Source: Trabulsiella odontotermitis
GTDB lineage: Bacteria; Pseudomonadota; Gammaproteobacteria; Enterobacterales; Enterobacteriaceae
Assembly (NCBI RefSeq): GCF_001297775.1
Contig: NZ_LIFX01000007.1
Coordinates: 7,558-23,557 of the forward strand
Direction of reading: 5' to 3'
DNA length: 16,000 nt
Of the stretch, positions 1 to 6,939 are shown in pieces (the first letter of the stretch is position 1; each line of letters begins with the position of its first letter). The position numbers were made by a program, and so were the translations under genes. The notes below the pieces were generated by a model that was not told where the DNA came from, ran no database searches, and worked only from the letters and a program-made list of their open reading frames with translations.

Positions 1-104
1 GTACGTGTGGAAACCGACAGTCGCTGCGCCAGTTCATCCTGCGGCAGCGTTTCGTTTTGCAGCAAATCAAACAGTTGCGCTAAACGTTGGTTGGGGAATC
101 GCAC
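1..104 (-). CDS. 5' fragment (first ~35 codons) of a putative winged-HTH transcriptional regulator; the gene continues beyond the left edge
   Basis: GTG at 104..102 is the first start codon after an in-frame TAA (149..147). GAGGAA lies 7 nt upstream. Translation is MRFPNQRLAQLFDLLQNETLPQDELAQRLSVSTRT, matching the LxxLL...(D/E)ELAxxLxVSxRT pattern of N-terminal wHTH domains in DeoR/MtlR/LicR/LevR-type sugar regulators. It is too short and truncated to appear in the ORF track. Confidence 0.4.
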   Translation of the reverse strand, partial: MRFPNQRLAQLFDLLQNETLPQDELAQRLSVSTR

Positions 105-153
105 GTCAGTTTCCTCTCTGATGGGCGGGCGCCTCTCGCACCCGCCTTACCAC

Positions 154-1305
154 TTAGGGTTTTGATGATATGACCATTTGCGATGGGCTTCCCACCGCCG
201 TGTAGTCCTCTGCAAAGGTTAACTTGCCATCGGTCGGCGACACGCTGAAACGGGTGATATTGTCGCTGCGCTGGTTCATCACATACAGCCAGCGGCCTTG
301 TGCATCGAGCGTCAGCGTGCGCGGATAGTCGCCGCGCGTCCAGATATCCTGCTGGTGTGTCAGCGTACCGTCGGCCGTTACAGTAAAGTGACCAATGCTG
401 TTATGCAAACGGTTGGCAACATACAGCTGTTTTCCGTCGTGGCTTAACACCAGACCGGCGGCAAAACTGGTGCCCTTGTAGCCGTCCGGTAATGCCGAAA
501 TCGTTTTACCTTCGCGCAGGGTGCCGGTGGCCGTATCCAGTTGATAGTAAGTTAGCGTAGAGGCTTCTTCGTTAATCAGCCACACGCCGTCGCCTTTCGG
601 AGTGAAAACAAAGTGGCGCGGACCGGCACCGTTCGAGGATGCCGCGACAAACGGCGGATCGTTCGGCGTCAGCTTGCCGCTCGCTGCGTCAAAGCGGTAC
701 TGATAGACGCGATCCAGCCCCAGATCGGTTGAAAAGACATACTTCCCGCTGGGATCAGCGGCGATCATGTGGGCATGCGGACCGTTATGGTCACTGATAG
801 CAAAGCTGCCTTCGACGGCACCTTCAGGTTTTGCCGCGCCCGCCGGACCTTCATCCTGATGCGTATCACTCGCCTCGCCCAGGCTGCCATCCGCTTTCAC
901 CGGCAATACAGCGATCGAACCGCTGACGTAATTCGCCACCAGCAGATGTTTACCGTCCGGCGTCAGCGAGAGATAGACCGGCCCGGCACCACCGGAAGCG
1001 GCCTGATTCAACTCGCTCAGCTCACCCTTTTCATTAATACGCCAGGCCTGTACGACGCCTTTTTCAACTTCGCTGGCGGCATACAGCGTTTTGCCGTCTG
1101 CGGAAACGGTGAGCTGGGCGGCGTTAGGTAGCGTGCTGACCAGCGTTTTGTCGCTGAGTACGCCGGTTTGTGGATCAACCGAAAAACGGTACAGCCCTTC
1201 ACCATTCGGATTGTAGGTGCCCACCCAGGCAAACTGCGTTTGCGCCGTGGCGGCGGTGGCGAGCAGAGAAAATGAAGCAACAAGCAGATGACGTGCAGAA
1301 AGCAT
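154..1305 (-). CDS. Exported 7-bladed beta-propeller lactonase (6-phosphogluconolactonase/YbhE-like fold family), 383 aa
   Basis: ATG at 1305 is preceded by AAGGAG (AAGGAGTTAATATG). The N-terminus MLSARHLLVASFSLLATAATA/QTQ looks like a Sec signal peptide with an AxA cleavage site. There are repeated blade motifs of the form DGK.LYxAN / GxGPRH: SADGKTLYAASE, TPDGKHLLVANY, DPSGKYVFSTDLG, GAGPRHFVFTPKG, SHDGKQLYVANR, DAQGRWLYVMNQ. Confidence 0.8.
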   Translation of the reverse strand: MLSARHLLVASFSLLATAATAQTQFAWVGTYNPNGEGLYRFSVDPQTGVLSDKTLVSTLPNAAQLTVSADGKTLYAASEVEKGVVQAWRINEKGELSELNQAASGGAGPVYLSLTPDGKHLLVANYVSGSIAVLPVKADGSLGEASDTHQDEGPAGAAKPEGAVEGSFAISDHNGPHAHMIAADPSGKYVFSTDLGLDRVYQYRFDAASGKLTPNDPPFVAASSNGAGPRHFVFTPKGDGVWLINEEASTLTYYQLDTATGTLREGKTISALPDGYKGTSFAAGLVLSHDGKQLYVANRLHNSIGHFTVTADGTLTHQQDIWTRGDYPRTLTLDAQGRWLYVMNQRSDNITRFSVSPTDGKLTFAEDYTAVGSPSQMVISSKP

Positions 1306-1340
1306 ATTAACTCCTTGATGGATCGACTGAAATTATTTTC

Positions 1341-1384
1341 CCTTCACTCCCGCCCTCTCCCGACGAGAGGGGGCGAAGGGGCAG
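1341..1384. repeat. GC-rich intergenic palindromic element (CCCTCTC-N5-GAGAGGG stem with a GGGAGTGAAGGG-type tail in minus orientation)
   Basis: Stem 1353-1359 / 1365-1371 (ccctctc / gagaggg). In minus orientation it reads CCCCCTCTCGTCGGGAGAGGGCGGGAGTGAAGGG. It has the same architecture as the element at 12598-12637. It sits between the aldolase stop and the lactonase start and has no U-tract. Confidence 0.6.
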
Positions 1385-1385
1385 G

Positions 1386-2126
1386 TTATTTAACCCGTTG
1401 TTTGGTCATCGCCAGCAACTGGCGTACATCGTCAGGGCGGGTATCACCACTGGCTTTATCAATGATGGAGCTATAGATGTGCGGAATGATTTTGCTGACC
1501 CCGGCGTCGAGCGCGATCTGCAGGATCTCGCCGAAGTTTTCCAGATCGATACCCCCGGTCGGCTCCAGCCAGAAATCATGACGGGCGCAGGCTTCCGCCA
1601 CCGCTTTGTATTCGTCACGGCACTTGAGGCCACCCATCGGGAAATATTTCACCGAACTGCCGCCCATGTCTTTCAGCAGGGCGATCGCGGTGTCAACCGG
1701 CACGATGCCATCCGCGGCGGCGCTGCTCAGCGGACCGGTGGAGATCTTCACCATGCCCGGCGTGCCGGTCGGGGAAATCAGCCCATTTACCACCGTCTGG
1801 TTCTGCCCCAGCAGCGCACGGCTGGTCGCGACGCCGGTGAAAACCTGGTTCACATGCTGCGGCTGTACCTGACGGGAGATTTCACTGACCATGGCCGACT
1901 GGTTCGGATCGCCCGCGCCCAGCCCGACGGACAGCGCGTTATCGATTAGCGCCGCATACTCGCGCATATCCGCCACCGCCGTGGCGACATCCGGGTAATT
2001 TTTGGAAAGCACACCGACCAGCACGTGGCCTTCTGCCGCTTCGTAAATGGCGCTGGCATTCGCTTTGCTTCCCGCCAGCACGTTCAGGCAGACACGATCA
2101 CGATAAAAATTCGGGGTCAGTTTCAT
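1386..2126 (-). CDS. KDGP (2-dehydro-3-deoxy-phosphogluconate) aldolase, DgaF/DagF-type (not the Eda type), 246 aa
   Basis: Full-length ORF. Its ATG overlaps the upstream gene's stop codon as ATGA (2123-2126). The sequence (MKLTPNFYRDRVCLNVLAGS..., GLGAGDPNQS, YFPMGGL, EPTGGID) matches my recollection of the KDGP-aldolase family exemplified by Salmonella DgaF. The gene sits directly downstream of a DgaE-like gene. Confidence 0.75.
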   Translation of the reverse strand: MKLTPNFYRDRVCLNVLAGSKANASAIYEAAEGHVLVGVLSKNYPDVATAVADMREYAALIDNALSVGLGAGDPNQSAMVSEISRQVQPQHVNQVFTGVATSRALLGQNQTVVNGLISPTGTPGMVKISTGPLSSAAADGIVPVDTAIALLKDMGGSSVKYFPMGGLKCRDEYKAVAEACARHDFWLEPTGGIDLENFGEILQIALDAGVSKIIPHIYSSIIDKASGDTRPDDVRQLLAMTKQRVK

Positions 2127-3241
2127 GCTTTTTTCTCCTTGTTCAGTACTTCGGCAATGCGGCGCGCGACGATCTCAAGCTGATCGGCGTTAACGCTACG
2201 CACATCCGCTTCGATGATCCCTTCGTTCGCTTTGTAACCACGGAAATAGATGGCGTACTGCCCTTGCTTAAGAGCGTTGACCAGATCGCCGGTCGCCACG
2301 TTGGTCACCGCTTCATCAAATTTGATTTCGGTACGGGCGATGTCGCGTCCGGCGCTGTCCCATACCACGCGGGCAGTCACACCCTTCAGGGTATTGAGCT
2401 GGTTGATGAATGGCGTCATCTTCGCCACCATCTCATCACCGCTCTCTTTGCTGGCGGTGAGGTAATGTTCGATGGCGCAAGTCAGGCCGAGAATGCCCTC
2501 TTTACCGACTTTCATCGCCCGGCCGATGCCTGCCGTCTGGCGTTTCACCCATTCGACGTACTGCGTTTTACCGATCACCAGTCCGCTGGTCGGCCCTTCG
2601 ATGGCTTTCGCGCCGCTGTAGATCACCAGATCGGCGCCCATGCGGTAGTAGCACTGCAAATCTTCTTCTGCCGCCGCATCAACAATCAGCGGCAGGTTGT
2701 GTTTACGCGCTACCACGGCGGCCTGCTCAACGCTGAGCATGCTTTTCTGTACGCAGTGGTGAGATTTGATATACAGGATCGCCGCAGTGCGTGGCGTGAC
2801 AGCCGCCGCGAGCTGATCGGCAGAGCATTCATTGGCATAGCCCGCTTCCACCAGCTTACCGCCGCCGAGCGCAACCATGGTGCCCACCGGCGCGCCAAAG
2901 TTAACGTTGTGCCCTTTCGGCAGCACGATTTCGTTATTTTCAATCGGCGTGACGTGGAGATTTTCCAGCAACCAGTCGCTGTCTTTTACCAGCACCGCCG
3001 CGACCGACTGCGCGATCCCCGCAGAAGCGCAAGAGACCACCGTCGCCCCTTCCACTTCCAGCAGTTTTGCAATGTATTCCCCGGTTTTGTTGACCAGATC
3101 TTTCATTTCAAAGTAGTGGTTCATGCCGCTCATGACGGCCTCGACCACTTCCGGACGCGGCGTGGAAACCCCTAACGCCGTCATGCGACCGGATGTATTA
3201 ATCACTTGTTTTAAATTGTATTTTTCAAAAATCGAAGGCAT
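2123..3241 (-). CDS. DgaE/SelA-like fold-type I PLP enzyme (putative amino-sugar-acid-phosphate ammonia-lyase), 372 aa
   Basis: The motif YSGAKAIEGPTSGLVIG parallels the SelA PLP-lysine motif SGDKLLGGPQAG. The start ATG lies inside the last codons of the upstream gene (17-nt overlap, 3225-3241). The gene is paired with a DgaF-type aldolase, as in the Salmonella dgaE-dgaF arrangement. Confidence 0.8.
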   Translation of the reverse strand: MPSIFEKYNLKQVINTSGRMTALGVSTPRPEVVEAVMSGMNHYFEMKDLVNKTGEYIAKLLEVEGATVVSCASAGIAQSVAAVLVKDSDWLLENLHVTPIENNEIVLPKGHNVNFGAPVGTMVALGGGKLVEAGYANECSADQLAAAVTPRTAAILYIKSHHCVQKSMLSVEQAAVVARKHNLPLIVDAAAEEDLQCYYRMGADLVIYSGAKAIEGPTSGLVIGKTQYVEWVKRQTAGIGRAMKVGKEGILGLTCAIEHYLTASKESGDEMVAKMTPFINQLNTLKGVTARVVWDSAGRDIARTEIKFDEAVTNVATGDLVNALKQGQYAIYFRGYKANEGIIEADVRSVNADQLEIVARRIAEVLNKEKKA

Positions 3242-4358
3242 GTTCCGTGCTCCCTTGTTCGGTCATATAGCCCTTGCCCGCACGAATAGCGGCCAGCGGC
3301 ACCAGAATATTGTCAGCCTGCAGGCTGTCGTTTTCGGCATCCACCATCACGGTGGGCTGATGTTTCAGCGTGAAGAGGGTCAGATCAGCGTCAAAGCCTG
3401 CTGCCAGGCGTCCTTTACGCGATAAGCGCAGCCCTTCTGCCGCATGGTCAGTGACACAGGCGATCACCTGCGGCAGCGACAGGCCAATGGCGAGAAATTT
3501 CGACATCACACTCGCAAGAGAATGTACCGGGCCGTCAATACGGTTGCGGCAGTAGATATCCGAGCTGATGGTGTGCGGCAGAATGCCCATGCTGATGGCG
3601 CGTCGCGCCACCTCAAAGCTGAAACTGGCCGTGCCGTGGCCCACATCGAGGCGCACGCCGCGCTGAATGGCGCGGGTAATGGAGGCACGCAGTTCGCCCG
3701 CGGGCGTCAGAATGCGGTTTGGTTTGCCGTTATAGCAGTGAGTAATGATATCGCCGGAGGTCAGCAGTTCCGCGATCTCATCCAGATTCGGCGGATTGTT
3801 GCCGATATGCACCATCAGCGGCAGATCGCCGTTCTCTTTCTGGATGCTTTTGGCGCGTTCCAGCGGCGTGATGCCGTTTTCGCCGACCACGCTACTGCTC
3901 ATACGCGCTTTCAGTCCGACGATAAAATCCGGGTGACGTTTGACCGCGTCGCGAACCGCAGCGGCATCAATATTCGCCATGTTCGACAGTTCGTTCTGGG
4001 CAATCAGCCCGACGCGGGATATATTCAACAGCGCATAGACGTCAGTGCTGGCCTGACGGGTCAACTGCCAGAAGTCGTCAATGTCGTCCGCACCGGTGCT
4101 GCCAGCGTCGATGACCGTGGTGACACCCGTCGCGATGCCGACGCTGTCAGGTTCATCGTGATAAATCGGGGATTTTGGGTAGCAATGGACGTGGGAGTCA
4201 ATCCAGCCTGCGCTGACATAAACCTCGCCGTGGAGTTCTACCGTTTTTTTCGCGGGTGCGGTGATATCGCCCAGTGCGGCAATTTTGCCGTCCAGAATGG
4301 CGATATCGGTCAGGGTATCGTCGACGAGGCGCGCACGGCGCAGGAGTAAATCAAACAT
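3225..4358 (-). CDS. Amidohydrolase-superfamily metallohydrolase (deacetylase/deacylase-like), 377 aa
   Basis: The metal-ligand set is visible: DSHVHCY (HxH), GLKARMS (candidate carboxylated Lys), MVHIGN, ITHCYNG and ISSDIY (Asp). The RBS is AGGAGAAAGG before the ATG at 4358. Confidence 0.8.
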   Translation of the reverse strand: MFDLLLRRARLVDDTLTDIAILDGKIAALGDITAPAKKTVELHGEVYVSAGWIDSHVHCYPKSPIYHDEPDSVGIATGVTTVIDAGSTGADDIDDFWQLTRQASTDVYALLNISRVGLIAQNELSNMANIDAAAVRDAVKRHPDFIVGLKARMSSSVVGENGITPLERAKSIQKENGDLPLMVHIGNNPPNLDEIAELLTSGDIITHCYNGKPNRILTPAGELRASITRAIQRGVRLDVGHGTASFSFEVARRAISMGILPHTISSDIYCRNRIDGPVHSLASVMSKFLAIGLSLPQVIACVTDHAAEGLRLSRKGRLAAGFDADLTLFTLKHQPTVMVDAENDSLQADNILVPLAAIRAGKGYMTEQGSTEHAFDF

Positions 4359-4376
4359 ACCTTTCTCCTGTGAAGG

Positions 4377-4394
4377 CGGGCGCCGGAGCGCCCG
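4377..4394 (-). other. Intra-operon RNA hairpin with a C(UCCG)G tetraloop
   Basis: The minus-strand RNA reads CGGGCGC-UCCG-GCGCCCG: a 7-bp GC stem with a UNCG-class tetraloop. It lies in the only sizeable gap of the operon (43 nt, between the DUF4310-like stop at 4402 and the amidohydrolase start at 4358). No U-tract follows, so it is not a classic intrinsic terminator. Confidence 0.5.
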
Positions 4395-4401
4395 TAAAAC
4401 A

Positions 4402-5046
4402 TTAGCTGATAGCGATGGGGAAGATAGAACCGAGGATCATGGCGCCAAGAATGGCTCCCCCGGTGATCGGCTTCTGCCAGAGGTAGAACAGCAGCGCGCC
4501 AATCAGTGAACCCACGCCGATCGGAATGGACGCCGTCATTGCGCTCAGGATAATCAACGGCCCGAGGAAGCGGCCTGACGCGTTACCGGCACCCATCATG
4601 ACGTCAGCACCGTAGGTGGAGTCGCTCTGGTTGATGGTGAACTTACGCGCCAGAATAATGATGTAACCAATCGCCAGACCAATCACCAGACCGGTAATCA
4701 GCGACGCAATGAAATTGGTCACCGGGAACATGATCCCCGCGCCCAGCAACAGCGCCGGAACCCCAAGACCCACACCGGTCTGGATAGCGCCGCCGATATC
4801 AAGGATCCCCACCAGCGAACCTTCGATGATACGGGCAAACAGGAAGCTCGCGCCAAACGCCGCGACCGCACCGTATACGCCGGTATCAATCCCCGCTTTC
4901 AGCATGGCCACGAAGGCCACTTCGTTAAACGCGCCGATACCGTAGAGGTAGTACATGTGCGTCCCGGCGAACACGCCGGAGGAGAGCAGGCCAACAAAGA
5001 TCGGGAACGACCAGTCGGCATACCAAAAACCTTTTTTCTCTTCCAT
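4402..5046 (-). CDS. Polytopic inner-membrane protein, DUF4310-like, 214 aa (function unknown)
   Basis: About 6 hydrophobic, Gly/Ala/Ile-rich segments. The RBS is CAGGAGCC, 4 nt before the ATG at 5046. There are 12 nt after the upstream stop. The family assignment is from recall of the conserved SFCGS/DUF4312/DUF4311/DUF4310 gene neighbourhood. Confidence 0.75.
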   Translation of the reverse strand: MEEKKGFWYADWSFPIFVGLLSSGVFAGTHMYYLYGIGAFNEVAFVAMLKAGIDTGVYGAVAAFGASFLFARIIEGSLVGILDIGGAIQTGVGLGVPALLLGAGIMFPVTNFIASLITGLVIGLAIGYIIILARKFTINQSDSTYGADVMMGAGNASGRFLGPLIILSAMTASIPIGVGSLIGALLFYLWQKPITGGAILGAMILGSIFPIAIS

Positions 5047-5058
5047 TTCAGGCTCCTG

Positions 5059-5835
5059 TTATTTACCGCTGAGAGAGTTATGGATCACATCCAGCCAGTT
5101 CGGGACGGTCAGATGGAAAGATTCGATCATCTTCATGTCGAAGCCGCGGAAGAAGCCGCTCAGAACGAACAGCGCTACAATCGCCACCATCATCACTTTG
5201 GTCACACGATGCCAGCCGCTCTCTTCAACGCCTTTACCGATCAGAATACCCAGTACCAGACCTGGCACGGCGTTACCCATGATCAGTTGCGCTGCGCCAC
5301 CGAAGACGGTTGCCCAGAAGCCGGATTTTTTACCCGCGTCGATAGCCGCCAGCCAGAAGATCACCGGCATCACGGTATTCACCAGCAGGTTTGCCGCCGG
5401 TACCAGTACCTTCACTGCCGTCACCTGCAGTGCTTCCGGTACGGACGAGGCGGTCAGGTTGAGGAAGGTCACCACGATCATGCCGATCACGCCGCAGGCG
5501 ATCGCCATTTTCTTCGGATCATGCAGCGTTTCACCGACATTGCGGTTTTTCAGCATCAGCGCTGCCGCACCCCAGTTAGGAATAATGCGGTGGTCGACGT
5601 CCTGTGTGAAAGAACCCGCCGCAACAGAGGAGGCCCACGCGTTGAAGAAGAAGCCTAACCCAAAGGAGAAGTGAGACGCAGGGTCCCCTTCGCAAGAGTT
5701 CAGTTCCCCCAACGTACGAAACGCGCCCATCCCCTGTGTGGTGGGCGCATGAAACATGCGTGCAGCCCCAGCACCCACGCCGACGCCCACGAGGCCACCG
5801 ATGATGAGTGATTTTATTAAAATTATCAGGAACAT
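5059..5835 (-). CDS. Polytopic inner-membrane protein, DUF4311-like, 258 aa (function unknown)
   Basis: About 6-7 hydrophobic segments (MFLIILIKSLIIGGLVGVGVGAGAA..., VMPVIFWLAAI..., VMMVAIVALFVLSGFF). It is tightly linked to its neighbours on the same strand. Confidence 0.75.
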   Translation of the reverse strand: MFLIILIKSLIIGGLVGVGVGAGAARMFHAPTTQGMGAFRTLGELNSCEGDPASHFSFGLGFFFNAWASSVAAGSFTQDVDHRIIPNWGAAALMLKNRNVGETLHDPKKMAIACGVIGMIVVTFLNLTASSVPEALQVTAVKVLVPAANLLVNTVMPVIFWLAAIDAGKKSGFWATVFGGAAQLIMGNAVPGLVLGILIGKGVEESGWHRVTKVMMVAIVALFVLSGFFRGFDMKMIESFHLTVPNWLDVIHNSLSGK

Positions 5836-5857
5836 TAGTCTGCCCTTTTAGTAAGAA

Positions 5858-6157
5858 TCAGCGTTGCGTGACAAAATCTACCCTGTCGAGGTTGATGGCG
5901 GTCACGTTGACGGTGACATCCAGCTCCACGCTGTACGACCGTCTTTCCCGGCGCAGAAAGAAGAACAAAAACGCTTCCTTACGCACCGCTTCACGCGCAT
6001 GAACAACTTGCACATCCTGTGGCTCAATACGCAGTAAAATGTGCGGTGAACTCTTCATCACCGCTGATTGCACCTGGTTAAGCGCATCGGAAAAAGCACG
6101 TGCTTTTGAGTCGCCTTTGCCCTTAACCCTCACCGTGGTGGTGAACTGCTCTTTCAT
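5858..6157 (-). CDS. Small soluble protein, DUF4312-like, 99 aa (function unknown)
   Basis: The ORF starts 2 nt after the stop codon of the SFCGS gene (TAA-CT-ATG), which suggests translational coupling. There are no hydrophobic segments. Confidence 0.7.
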   Translation of the reverse strand: MKEQFTTTVRVKGKGDSKARAFSDALNQVQSAVMKSSPHILLRIEPQDVQVVHAREAVRKEAFLFFFLRRERRSYSVELDVTVNVTAINLDRVDFVTQR

Positions 6158-6159
6158 AG

Positions 6160-6525
6160 TTATGCGCCGTATTTCTTTTTCCAGGCTTCCACCAGGCGCT
6201 CGCCCAGCTCTTCTTTATCCATAAAGCCAAAACCCAGAACGTTGCAGCCTTCATTGATGGCCGTTACGCCCTCATCCACAGAACGCATGCCGTATTTCGC
6301 TTTGTAGCCATATTTGTTTTGTGCCGTAATGGCGCCCGCGCCACCGCTACCGCAGAAAGAGATGCCGAAGGTGGCGTTTTCCGCTTTCATCACGTCGCCA
6401 AGCTTCATGTCTGCCGCTACGCCCGGAACAACCACGGCACGGCCACCGGCTTTCTCAACGCCTGCAGCCACTTTCTGTCCTTTGCCAAGGCGATCGCCAA
6501 TCACAACGGTAATCTGTTCCATCAT
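6160..6525 (-). CDS. Glycine-rich SFCGS-family protein, 121 aa (function unknown; EIIB-like Cys loop)
   Basis: It contains the literal family signature GISFCGSGGAGAITA (Cys58 codon at 6354..6352). AAGGAG overlaps the stop codon of the upstream PRD gene. The start is a double ATG ATG. Confidence 0.8.
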   Translation of the reverse strand: MMEQITVVIGDRLGKGQKVAAGVEKAGGRAVVVPGVAADMKLGDVMKAENATFGISFCGSGGAGAITAQNKYGYKAKYGMRSVDEGVTAINEGCNVLGFGFMDKEELGERLVEAWKKKYGA

Positions 6526-6532
6526 TTGCTCC

Positions 6533-6853
6533 TTAAAGGTTGTCTTTCGCTACTTCGAAGTGAACGGAGAGCAGCCAGGCTTCTTCCTCAGGGAGATTGC
6601 CGAACTGCGCGACCACTTCTCGGGCGAGCGTCATTGAATCTGGTGAAATTTCTTCGAACAGGCTGGCGTCCACTTCAGGCAGCGGCTCACCGGTCACTGA
6701 CCGATGCGCCATCGCGCGGACGTGAGAGGTCAGCATCTGCTCCTGTACTGCATTGGGGAGAATGTTGTGGCGGCTGAGCAGCGCAAAGGTCTGCTTCAGC
6801 ATGGTATCGGCAAGTTTCTCTGTCTGAACTGCCTGGTCCCCAACGTCGTTCAT
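6533..6853 (-). CDS. Stand-alone PRD (PTS regulation domain) protein, ~106 aa
   Basis: The two conserved His contexts typical of a PRD are present: MLTSHVRAMAHRS and EEAWLLSVHFEVA. I prefer the ATG at 6853 (GGAG, then 5 nt, then ATG) over the track's start at 6946. That start is actually a GTG lying inside a 20-bp palindrome, with no SD. No CAT/RNA-binding or HTH domain is evident. Confidence 0.7.
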   Translation of the reverse strand: MNDVGDQAVQTEKLADTMLKQTFALLSRHNILPNAVQEQMLTSHVRAMAHRSVTGEPLPEVDASLFEEISPDSMTLAREVVAQFGNLPEEEAWLLSVHFEVAKDNL

Positions 6854-6939
6854 TACCGCTCCGTTAATCACTCGTCTTACCCCGTTAATGTCTCTGAGAT
6901 AAAAGTAGCGTTGGGAAACCGGAGTTTGTAGACAGTTGT

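Noticed and set aside
6552-6562. The 11-mer ACTTCGAAGTG is shared between the end of the PRD gene and the core of the 20-bp palindrome (6945-6955). It could be a second operator half.
   Set aside because: By a rough estimate, many chance 11-mer repeats are expected in 16 kb. This copy is inside coding sequence (it encodes HFEV of the PRD motif), and the flanks do not match.
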